Positions 30,396-38,684 are shown, counted from the first letter of the stretch. The stretch is 50,068 nucleotides of DNA from an uncultured Candidatus Saccharibacteria bacterium (GCA_964434195.1 CAYSUI010000009.1:1-50068); one strand, 5' to 3'. Program-made: numbers and translations. The notes: generated by a model not told the origin, from the letters alone.

Positions 30396-30504
30396 CTCTA
30401 CCTCCTTTGAAAACTACGAGACTACCAATGATAACAGAAAGTGCGGTTTAATCAAGCTCAGAAAAGGGAAATAAAAAATAACAAGTCGTATGACTTGTTT
30501 TTAT

Positions 30505-31026
30505 TTATCTTTGTTCGGCGAAGAACTTGGCTTTGTAGCACCAATGCTCAAGTTCGTTGTTACCTGAGCTTTTGTGTTCTTCCCAAGTTCTCGGTTTCCT
30601 GAAACCACGCTTAATAGTTTCGGAATTACGCATACCAGCGTTCACCTGATCTTCGGCAGACCTGCTAGTTGCTCCCCTATCGTAGCGACTGAACTGGGCG
30701 AACCTATAGTGTGCTTGATCCCGATTACAAGACTCGAGGCGAGCGTTCCAAATGACCTTATGCTCTGCGTAACCACGCTTTGACTTGTTTACATCGAGGT
30801 CTACACTTAGGTCGACTACACGCATTGGAATTGGACTGTTTACGAGGGCATTGCTTACCATAGCAGCAAACAGACTAGCGTTTTCCTCGACTTGTTCGGG
30901 GTTACCCGCGTAAGTTTCCCAGTGAATTTTCTGCTCTACTTTTCCTTGTGCCAAGACAAGGTTGGTGGACAGAAAACTGAGAGCGATTATACTCATAACC
31001 GCGACTAAAATGGATCTTGTTTTCAA
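30505..31026 (-). CDS. Secreted protein, distant paralogue of 29877..30395
   Basis: Signal peptide ending LVLAQG; same collinear blocks as the neighbour. Confidence 0.6.
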   Translation of the reverse strand: MKTRSILVAVMSIIALSFLSTNLVLAQGKVEQKIHWETYAGNPEQVEENASLFAAMVSNALVNSPIPMRVVDLSVDLDVNKSKRGYAEHKVIWNARLESCNRDQAHYRFAQFSRYDRGATSRSAEDQVNAGMRNSETIKRGFRKPRTWEEHKSSGNNELEHWCYKAKFFAEQR

Positions 31027-31130
31027 TTTTATTCTCCTTAGAGCTGTATTTTGAGCGAAAGGGCAGTTTAGCTTAAAAGACGAAATTTGAAAAGGATTAA
31101 TAAAAAAAACCCACTATTGATTGTAGGTGG

Positions 31131-31808
31131 TTATTTTCTTGGATTTAGATCAAAAATACTCAGATGGGATAAGCCAATTACAGGTTGGTTAGGGAATAAA
31201 TACTCTCTCATAATAGCCTTACCCTTTTCGGTATAAGTAAAACCGTCACCCGAATACAGCTCTTTAAGATGAAACGAGAAGTAAAGGAACGCGCGAAAAA
31301 GATTTATGCTCAATACGGATTTCTTAAATCTTTCGTATGTAATAAATCGTTCATCTTGTACACCCGCGTGCTCTACTTCCATAAGACTATAGCCAAGACT
31401 TTTTTCTACTTCCTGTATTTTTAATTCTTTGAGGGCTGGTAGAAAGTGCGAAGTAAAATGCCTGGTAGCAGGATAGAGTTTATGAGAGTAACTAAGTACA
31501 TTTTCCCAAGTAGCAAGTGGCGGTTGTTCGCTTAAACTAAAAACAAAAAGCTTATAGACGAATCCTGCTTTTAATTTACTGTCTAAGTATTCCTCTTTAT
31601 GTCCTATATAGAGCAATTTTTCGTAGTCCGAAAGTTTAGTTAGCGTATCTATACCATCGGAACCCATAACCATAACAACTTCCCTACCTAGGTCAGATGA
31701 GAGCATTTTGAAATCATCTGGATTCTTTCCTTTGACTAACCGAGCGTATAGTTTTTGTTTATCTGATTTTTCTAATACTTCACCCAAGTCTATATTATCT
31801 ATCCTCAT
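31131..31808 (-). CDS. Hypothetical protein, divergent from the radical-SAM gene
   Basis: AAAGGAGG 5 nt upstream of ATG 31808 (the ORF-track TTG 31835 contains this SD). Confidence 0.6.
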   Translation of the reverse strand: MRIDNIDLGEVLEKSDKQKLYARLVKGKNPDDFKMLSSDLGREVVMVMGSDGIDTLTKLSDYEKLLYIGHKEEYLDSKLKAGFVYKLFVFSLSEQPPLATWENVLSYSHKLYPATRHFTSHFLPALKELKIQEVEKSLGYSLMEVEHAGVQDERFITYERFKKSVLSINLFRAFLYFSFHLKELYSGDGFTYTEKGKAIMREYLFPNQPVIGLSHLSIFDLNPRK

Positions 31809-32064
31809 ACGTTCCTCCTTTTTGACAGAATACAATAGCTAATTTGGAAAACAAAATCAAGGTTTGCTGGAAATGAATTTGACTCTAATAATTAGCCTTA
31901 AGCTAATAATGCAATATCTTGGATTTGAATATTTATTTTTTTACATTGTTAAGATATAGCTTTAACTTTTTTAAATATATAGTCTATACTTAACTGTTCA
32001 ATATGATTATTGGACATTTGTGAGTCTGTAGTAACCAAAAATATGTCTTACACAAGGAGGTGTT

Positions 32065-33807
32065 ATGACTAAGAAAATTCGCACTAGATTTCCCTTGCTG
32101 AAAGGAGAAAAAGGGAAAAATATCCCCAAGGAGAGAATGCAAATTAGAAATCAGTTACTCGAGGAGTTGCGTAAAATTTCTAACAAAGCACTCTTGGATC
32201 TTCAATACTTTCAACCAGAAGTCGGTTGCCTGAATCAATGTCGTTTCTGCAGCCAGGAAGCTGGGACAACAAAGTGGATGCTAAGTAAAGAATCTTTAGA
32301 GGATTTAATTGCGGCTATAAGTCTGCGTCTTAAAGAATCTTCTATTGAACTAGCTTATGGAAGAATCAACCATAGACAGGGTGTGATCTTCCCATACTTT
32401 GATAATGATGTAATGTCATACCCTTATTTGTATGATTACATTCGTTTGATAAAAGAAAACTTAAAGTGCAAAGTCCGCATAGCCACAGTTGGATATTCGC
32501 GCCACAATCATGAACTAACTCAAATGCATGAAAAAATTGCGAATGAGTTTCCAGATGTTTTTGCGGGTATTCGATTTTCTTTCACACCCTACACTTCAGG
32601 TTGGGTTAGTCTGAACGGACTTCAAACATCGAGAGATGAATTTGAACAGGATTTTGCGAATGCGCTTAGTACCTATTTTCCTCTTATGGAGAGAATTGGA
32701 CTTGGCAAGTCTACTGCATGTGTTGAACTAAGGTTTCACCCTAATGTACAGAGATGTGGGGTAGTAGACACCTTTCTTTACAATCATCATGTTATTAAGG
32801 CTGGACCTCACTTGCTTATTCGACAGGAATCCGGGAGCACATCTCTTGAGGTAACTGAGATTGAGTCTATTCATGGAAGAGATGGTATATATAATAAACA
32901 GTCTGTTCCATATTTTTGGCTAACTGACGACATGATGGTTGCCGATACACCCTGGGAAGATACTGTTACCAAAATCCTCACGGGGGATAATGCACTGAAG
33001 CATAAATATAAAGTGGTACCTGTCCACCTTTTTTCTAATGCTGACGGACCTTACTATGCGGCATCTGCCGATTTCCTACCGACCGGTGAATACAAGGCGT
33101 TCCACATTTACCCCAAAACAAGTTCTCGTTCAGTAAGCGGATACAACGATGCAGAGAGATTTCTCTTGAATGCTATACTCAGACATAAACGTGAAAGAGG
33201 TATAGCGCGTAGAGAGACATTCCCAGATGCTACTTGGGCAGATGTTGAAAGTATTGTAGACAAGCTACGGTTCTTGCTTGAAGAAAAAGAGCAATACGAT
33301 GTGAGAGCCGCGCTGCACATTTCGCAACATATTCTGCCAATTGTGGAGAGTTACATACGGTGCTTAAAGGCTTCTGGACTACCACCCGATCTATTCTTTG
33401 ACCCGCGTTTTACGATAGATACCGGTCAAATAGTTAACCAGGGTAGGGCTAAGGAAATCTTTAAAGGCCTTGTTACTAAGGATGAAGAACCTTTGACTCC
33501 AAGGGAAGCAACGGCGTACGGCAATACAAGCGTATCTACTTTAAGAGGTAAGGTATGGCGACTTGCGCCGGTTCCGTATTCGGTGAATAGGGTACTTTCT
33601 GCTTCTAAGGCTGGTGGTAAAAATTTTTCGTCTCAAATTTCAGGACAGATGTCTTTGCAACAACTTAGCGAAAAGACACTGCGACCTTATGATGCAAAAA
33701 CGAATGAACCCTTGCCTCATTTTGTAATTAGCGGATTGGATATAATTTCGGTTTCGCAAAAAACAAATGAGTTAAGTTATCTAAAACCTGGTATGAAAAA
33801 GGAGTGA
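32065..33807 (+). CDS. Radical SAM domain protein (580 aa) with a long uncharacterised C-terminal region
   Basis: CLNQCRFC = CX3CX2C near the N-terminus; AAGGAGG SD; TGA stop overlaps the start region of the next gene. Confidence 0.75.
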   Translation: MTKKIRTRFPLLKGEKGKNIPKERMQIRNQLLEELRKISNKALLDLQYFQPEVGCLNQCRFCSQEAGTTKWMLSKESLEDLIAAISLRLKESSIELAYGRINHRQGVIFPYFDNDVMSYPYLYDYIRLIKENLKCKVRIATVGYSRHNHELTQMHEKIANEFPDVFAGIRFSFTPYTSGWVSLNGLQTSRDEFEQDFANALSTYFPLMERIGLGKSTACVELRFHPNVQRCGVVDTFLYNHHVIKAGPHLLIRQESGSTSLEVTEIESIHGRDGIYNKQSVPYFWLTDDMMVADTPWEDTVTKILTGDNALKHKYKVVPVHLFSNADGPYYAASADFLPTGEYKAFHIYPKTSSRSVSGYNDAERFLLNAILRHKRERGIARRETFPDATWADVESIVDKLRFLLEEKEQYDVRAALHISQHILPIVESYIRCLKASGLPPDLFFDPRFTIDTGQIVNQGRAKEIFKGLVTKDEEPLTPREATAYGNTSVSTLRGKVWRLAPVPYSVNRVLSASKAGGKNFSSQISGQMSLQQLSEKTLRPYDAKTNEPLPHFVISGLDIISVSQKTNELSYLKPGMKKE

Positions 33808-33809
33808 AG

Positions 33810-34928
33810 ATGCTTTTACTGAAGGACTTTGAAAAATACATGAAAAGGAAGGGGTATGCCTGGTTACCAGACCAGGGTTTAGTTTCTACGTCCAGTAGAC
33901 AGTTGTTTAATATAGCTGGAGCAGCACCGCTACTAGCTACTGGGTATCCGCGTGATACTGAAAGTAAACTCGCGGCTTCATCACAAAGTTGTCTGCGAAT
34001 GAGTAGCTTTGATACTGTTGGTACGGAAAACAATAAGCATATTTTTTTCTATATGCTTGGACACTTCTCTTTTTTCCAAAGAGATGAGGTCCAAACCAAA
34101 TACCAAAGTTGCTATGAGGCTATAGAATTTCTGTGTCATGTACTTGGACTCTCAGAATCTAGGTTAAGGGTTTCTACACACCCAGATGATGAAGTTACCC
34201 TTAAGACGTGGGGATTACTAGGCTTGCAAGAGAAACAACTAGAGAGTAAGACTAGTAAACATACTGCGGAATTTATAACGGATAAGAGTGGCTACAGAAC
34301 AAAGGTAGGTTACCAACTTTCATCTGGAAGGGTACTTTACTTTTGGGATTTGGTGTTCGTTCAATTCGACTCACCTAATTTTCTTAAACTCATGCCACAA
34401 ATACTAATGGAGTCTGGTATGTCACTTGACCGCTTGTATACTGTACGAGAGGACAAGGAGCACGATTACGAGACTTCGTATTGGCTCCCCTATCTGCACA
34501 ACTTATCCGAAAGGATGCAAATTCCTGTAGACAAAACAGTTTACAGGATAGCGGACATTACCCAAGCCGCAATTACCCTACTTTCCTGCGGACTTAAACC
34601 CGGACCCAAAAAACAGGAATATGTTCTTAGGAAACTCCTGAGAGAGATTTTTACCCTTACCTATATCCTAAATATCTCACCCGAACACCCACTTGCTTGT
34701 GGCCTGCAACGATCTAGCTTTCTTGCTGGTCGCAAACCTGAGTCGCAGGTAATAACAGACAAATTCAATTTGGAACTAGATGCGTGGAAAAAGGTAATTG
34801 AAAAAGGTAAAACTAAACTGCGAGAACTTATGATTAACCGTACTGCCCTGACTAAGGAGAACAGACGGTTACTAAATGAAGCTTTCGGTTTAAACGACTT
34901 AATAATAGAACACACACTGGCCAACTAA
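33810..34928 (+). CDS. Alanyl-tRNA synthetase catalytic/tRNA-recognition domain paralogue lacking editing and C-Ala domains
   Basis: Ordered matches to AlaRS blocks: LFNIAGAAP, SQSCLR, HIFFYMLGHFSF, WDLVFVQFD, ESGMSLDRL, RIADITQA...QEYVLRKLLREI, LLNEAFGLNDLI. GGAG 5 nt upstream of ATG 33810. Confidence 0.75.
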   Translation: MLLLKDFEKYMKRKGYAWLPDQGLVSTSSRQLFNIAGAAPLLATGYPRDTESKLAASSQSCLRMSSFDTVGTENNKHIFFYMLGHFSFFQRDEVQTKYQSCYEAIEFLCHVLGLSESRLRVSTHPDDEVTLKTWGLLGLQEKQLESKTSKHTAEFITDKSGYRTKVGYQLSSGRVLYFWDLVFVQFDSPNFLKLMPQILMESGMSLDRLYTVREDKEHDYETSYWLPYLHNLSERMQIPVDKTVYRIADITQAAITLLSCGLKPGPKKQEYVLRKLLREIFTLTYILNISPEHPLACGLQRSSFLAGRKPESQVITDKFNLELDAWKKVIEKGKTKLRELMINRTALTKENRRLLNEAFGLNDLIIEHTLAN

Positions 34929-34994
34929 TGGCTAGTTTTTTATTGGAATAGGGTCATATCCAAGTTGTTATCTATAAACTTCGCCCACTCTTTG

Positions 34995-35558
34995 TTACTT
35001 ACTGGTATTTCCTTCTTCTGCATCGAATGTAACCTGAAAAATAGTATCCGCAGGGAAACGCCCCTCTAAAACGTGCTTACCGGATTTGGGATTTCCATCG
35101 TCTAGCTCTGAAGTAATAACTATGGTTCTGTAATCTGACTTATCTCCATCTACTATAAAATCTAGTCTGGCTTCTTTGGTGGTAGGGTCGTATACTAATT
35201 TTCCTGTTGAAAAATAATCTTTTGTTAAAGGATTTTTTACCAGCCAACCTTCATAAAAATCTGTACCTGGGAGTGCTGGTAAGTTTTTAGCGATTACGCG
35301 ATGATATGTCTTTCCTTCGAAAACACCTAACCAAGCTGATCCATTAGCTCCGGATTTCGAGACATCTTTTATATTTACAGAGGCGGATTTAGTTATAACT
35401 GCGTCAAAATCTTTTTTTATTATTGGTGTTTCTTCAATTTTTTGGGTAGTCGTTATGGACTCCTCTGGTAACTTTGTATTCTCTCTCATTGAAGCATAGA
35501 CTACCCCGATACATACTAGAATTAACACTATTGCGATAGCCCATATCTTTTTGTTCAT
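34995..35558 (-). CDS. Membrane-anchored extracytoplasmic protein (anti-sigma-K RskA C-terminal-like domain, weak)
   Basis: N-terminal TM anchor; LPALPGTDFYEGWLV pattern. Confidence 0.4.
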   Translation of the reverse strand: MNKKIWAIAIVLILVCIGVVYASMRENTKLPEESITTTQKIEETPIIKKDFDAVITKSASVNIKDVSKSGANGSAWLGVFEGKTYHRVIAKNLPALPGTDFYEGWLVKNPLTKDYFSTGKLVYDPTTKEARLDFIVDGDKSDYRTIVITSELDDGNPKSGKHVLEGRFPADTIFQVTFDAEEGNTSK

Positions 35559-35688
35559 TGATGATGATTTATTATTGAATCTTATTGGTGTGAATTCCCG
35601 AAGCTAATAAAACTTTCCTATATAGTTACTCTAGTAAAAAATTTCTCTTCCTTTTTTCATTATAGTATATTTTTGGAGTCGCTAAGCT

Positions 35689-35876
35689 AAAAGGTATCAT
35701 ATCCTTTGTTTTTACCATTCCCCTGCTTTTTCAGAATCCCGACCAGATAATGTGATTAAATTATGCAGATTAGGACGTGAAATTTAGTACCTACCTGCTA
35801 GGGATCAAGTTCTACAGCAGGAGTGAGTGGTGGGATGGTATTAGCGAATTAAATTGTCATGCTCCTCTTGCCTTTG
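35689..35876 (+). repeat. S-family repeat copy S1 (most diverged full copy)
   Basis: aaaaggtatcatatcctttgtttttaccattcccctgc ... ttatgcagattaggacgt ... cagcaggagtgagtggtgggatggtattagcgaa ... gctcctcttgcc. Confidence 0.7.
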
Positions 35877-35936
35877 TTTCTATATACTATCCTGACACAT
35901 CGTTAGGATTCTCTTTTTTTCAGGCTCGGTATTTCC

Positions 35937-36557
35937 TTATTTTTTCCTTATCTCTCTTCGATCCACCAACTTTTCTTTTAAAAATTGTATGTAATAAGCT
36001 CTTCTGTCAGGATCTCTCAAGGTTGCAATTAAGGTTAAGACCAAACCAATGGGATCTCTCATGCCGGGATAAAAATTTGCTCGCACCTCTGAAATAAAAC
36101 TTCCTGGTATGAATTTTGGATCGGTTAAGTGATATAGCTCATGACTCTCTACAAACTTTTTTACTCTGTCTGGAAGATCCGCTCTTACATAAGCAATTCC
36201 TGTTCCTTCATAAGCTTCTCCAAAATGTAAACCGATAAAATCCTTGGTTACGTATCTTACCAAATATTCCTGTCCATCAATTTCTACTTTTTTTTCGGAA
36301 ATAATACCTAGCTCCTTAAATTCTTCCGACACTTCTGCATTCCTATCATTATTTACAACTATCTCATCAATCTCTCCTCTTACCTCACTCAGATCTCTCT
36401 CTGAAGCTTGCTGATAATCTCTCCCCTTATCTACTCTTAGTTCTACTTTTGGCTTTTCAGGAGTATTCTCTGGAAACTTAAAATCCGCGTTATTTATTTC
36501 TGTATTATTTTCTAACTCATTAGACATGTAATCATTATAATTGAAATACTTTCCCAT
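35937..36557 (-). CDS. Hypothetical protein with an HExxH zinc-metallopeptidase-like motif
   Basis: VESHELYHLTD; acidic low-complexity N-terminal half. Confidence 0.5.
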   Translation of the reverse strand: MGKYFNYNDYMSNELENNTEINNADFKFPENTPEKPKVELRVDKGRDYQQASERDLSEVRGEIDEIVVNNDRNAEVSEEFKELGIISEKKVEIDGQEYLVRYVTKDFIGLHFGEAYEGTGIAYVRADLPDRVKKFVESHELYHLTDPKFIPGSFISEVRANFYPGMRDPIGLVLTLIATLRDPDRRAYYIQFLKEKLVDRREIRKK

Positions 36558-36669
36558 AGAAAAGCTAGATCTTAGAGACGGTACCCTTTTGATAGTAGGA
36601 CATTGCCGAAGATCACCTTTATAAGGTGGCCTTTGCTTCTGCCATGATTGTGTACAAAAAAACAGCTCA

Positions 36670-36873
36670 CTAGGGGCTGCATTTGGTGATTGGCATTGCG
36701 AATTCCTCAGTTACATGCACAAGCAGCGCTACTGTTACTGGGAATGACATTAGCGCAAAGAGCAGAAATACCCCTGCGTTCTCAAACAGCATTGCCAGGA
36801 GTGTACAGAGATACAGCGCTTGCGCGATACAGAGATCCGACTTAATTTGCGGACCAAAAGGGCTTTGGTACAT
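36670..36873 (-). CDS. Small hydrophobic protein (67 aa, 2 TM)
   Basis: AAGGAGG 9 nt upstream of the ATG on the minus strand. Preferred over the overlapping plus-strand ORF 36683..36949. Confidence 0.5.
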   Translation of the reverse strand: MYQSPFGPQIKSDLCIAQALYLCTLLAMLFENAGVFLLFALMSFPVTVALLVHVTEEFAMPITKCSP

Positions 36874-36986
36874 AGCAAAACATCCTCCTTTCGCGAGGAT
36901 TATTACATACTACTTCAACTTGGGCAACGGCCATTTCAGCAACCTTTGAAGTCGGTTATACTGGTAGTAACTTAATACTTACTTCT

Positions 36987-37544
36987 ATGGATTTATTTAA
37001 AACTTTAAAAGATGCGCCTGGCTTGGTACTATCTCCTTTCATTAAACAAGAGATGCAAAACAGGAAGCACATGTACCGAACGCTTAAGGCACGTGCTAAT
37101 CAGAAACGTACTGCGTATGAAAAAATCGCAGACTATATAAGCACTGTGGTCGGGAGTTTTACTTTTCTAGTACTTAATGCAATCTGGTTCTGTGTTTGGA
37201 TACTTATTAATACCGATAACTTTTTTGGAATATTTACAGTTTTCGATCCCTTTCCGTTTGGTTTTCTAACCATGATTGTTTCTTTGGAAGCCATAGTACT
37301 TTCGATTATTGTTTTAATTTCTCAGAATAGAAATAGCCGAGTGGATGATCTACGCGAAGAAGTACATCTGCAAGTTAACGTAATGGCGGAGCAGGAAATA
37401 ACTAAAATTATTAAGATGCTTGCAAAACTTTCCGAGAAAAATGGCATTGATATTTCTCAAGATAGAGAACTGCAAATGATGCTAAAACCATTGCAGGCTC
37501 AAAATCTAGAGAAAAATTTAGAGGAAGAGATAAGCAAGGGTTAA
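36987..37544 (+). CDS. DUF1003 family membrane protein
   Basis: FDPFPFGFLTMIVSLEAIVLSIIVLISQNR core typical of DUF1003. Confidence 0.75.
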   Translation: MDLFKTLKDAPGLVLSPFIKQEMQNRKHMYRTLKARANQKRTAYEKIADYISTVVGSFTFLVLNAIWFCVWILINTDNFFGIFTVFDPFPFGFLTMIVSLEAIVLSIIVLISQNRNSRVDDLREEVHLQVNVMAEQEITKIIKMLAKLSEKNGIDISQDRELQMMLKPLQAQNLEKNLEEEISKG

Positions 37545-37573
37545 TTTTTCAACTCAGCAATAAAGGAGTGCCT

Positions 37574-37762
37574 ATGCAGCAAAGAATCGATGGGGATTTT
37601 CGAGTGATTTTTAAAGGTATACCCTATTTCCCACTATTTTTTATTTCAAAGACAATTCTGAAACCCGGAGATGGTAAGAGGTGTGCATGCGTATACGCAC
37701 TGCACATTACCCCTTTCTTTACAATCGGATTCAACTGGAGAACAAAACAAGATATCGCATGA
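37574..37762 (+). CDS. Possible small protein (62 aa)
   Basis: AAAGGAG 5 nt upstream of ATG 37574; the stop lies in the loop of the terminator at 37749-37776. Confidence 0.35.
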   Translation: MQQRIDGDFRVIFKGIPYFPLFFISKTILKPGDGKRCACVYALHITPFFTIGFNWRTKQDIA

Positions 37763-37776
37763 GCGATATCTTTTTT
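37749..37776 (+). terminator. Intrinsic terminator
   Basis: gatatcgc-atga-gcgatatc-tttttt. Confidence 0.8.
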
Positions 37777-37826
37777 ATATTTATTAACCACTCTCTTTAT
37801 TTTCTCAGTGGTTGCCAGGTGGTTGC

Positions 37827-37944
37827 GTCCCTCCACCAGCTGGTGGAGGGACGTATAGCTTTAACAAAAACAAAAGAGGGACTTGTTAGCAGCAGGTGTG
37901 AGCGGTGGGATGGTATTAGAAATTCTACGAAGTTCCCCTGTTGA
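37827..37944 (+). repeat. S-family repeat copy S2, starting with a perfect 26-nt palindrome
   Basis: gtccctccaccag/ctggtggagggac then gtatagctttaacaaaaacaaaagagggacttgttagcagcaggtgtgagcggtgggatggtattagaaattctacgaagttcccctgttga. Confidence 0.85.
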
Positions 37945-38031
37945 AAGTACTAACCATTTTTGACTTTAGTTTTTCCCATTGACAGGTATTTATCCTATAC
38001 CCTATGATTAAATGACCTTAATTATATATTT

Positions 38032-38271
38032 ATGAGCGATACTGACTTTGCTCCATTACTTACATATTTAGACGAGAAGTTCCAAGAGCAGGACAAACGG
38101 TTTGATAAAATGGAAACTGATATTGGAGAACTTCGGACATCGGTTGATAAACTTGCTCACCACGTACTATCTTTCCAGCAAGAAATGACTATTATGACTA
38201 TGAAGGTTGGGAGAATGGAAAGTTGGATACAGCAAGTAGCTGCTAAGGTTGGTGTTGAATATAAAGCTTAG
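38032..38271 (+). CDS. Small coiled-coil protein (79 aa), paralogue of 4012..4248
   Basis: Collinear similarity to the 78-aa ORF at 4012; terminator follows. Confidence 0.65.
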   Translation: MSDTDFAPLLTYLDEKFQEQDKRFDKMETDIGELRTSVDKLAHHVLSFQQEMTIMTMKVGRMESWIQQVAAKVGVEYKA

Positions 38272-38297
38272 AAAGACACTTGAGCGGTGTCTTTTTT
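38272..38297 (+). terminator. Intrinsic terminator
   Basis: aagacac-ttgagcg-gtgtctt-tttt. Confidence 0.75.
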
Positions 38298-38306
38298 GTG
38301 ACGGTT

Positions 38307-38366
38307 AAAGGGTCATGTCCCCTTTGTTTTTCCTTTGTTTTTCCCTTTGTTTTTTTTGTTTTTTAC
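38307..38366 (+). repeat. T-family hairpin followed by a short tandem repeat of cctttgttttt
   Basis: aaagggtcatgtcccctttgttttt-cctttgttttt-ccctttgtttttttt-gtttttt. Confidence 0.7.
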
Positions 38367-38468
38367 GCGAAAGAGTATTTAAGCACTTTTGGGGTTTATG
38401 GTCAATACGAGGATTGCAGAAAATTAGCGAAGTTGTCGTAATTACGACGAGTTTACTAATTTGTTTTA

Positions 38469-38684
38469 CTATTCCAGAATAATACTGAGGGCAAAAATAC
38501 AGATACTCATACTCATTGCCCCTAAAATAGACCTTAACATGACTTTGTTTTTATTTAGCAGACCACCTTCATCTTGTAATTTATAGAACTCTGTAGGATA
38601 TTTTGTTCTAACTATCTGAATTTCCCGAGAAGTCCAGATAATTAATGTCAGCAAAATTCCAACAACTACGGTATGTAGCCACAA
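38469..38684 (-). CDS. Small membrane protein; the reading frame stays open and hydrophobic upstream of the TTG start
   Basis: In-frame upstream extension ...VTSALVFYVLSGGYGIYLIFGNPGS precedes LWLHTVVVGILL, but has no ATG/GTG/TTG after the TAA at about 38792. Confidence 0.45.
   Translation of the reverse strand: MWLHTVVVGILLTLIIWTSREIQIVRTKYPTEFYKLQDEGGLLNKNKVMLRSILGAMSMSICIFALSIILE

Noticed and set aside
35777-36097. Plus-strand ORFs 35777..36097, 37681..37944 and 40532..40768 from the ORF track
   Set aside because: They read through S-repeat sequence and are antisense to better-supported genes, or lack an SD. Their conserved part is the repeat itself and is treated under the S family.
36683-36949. 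Plus-strand ORF 36683..36949 (88 aa)
   Set aside because: It overlaps the minus-strand 67-aa ORF, which has a near-perfect SD and TM-helix character. The plus ORF has no SD.
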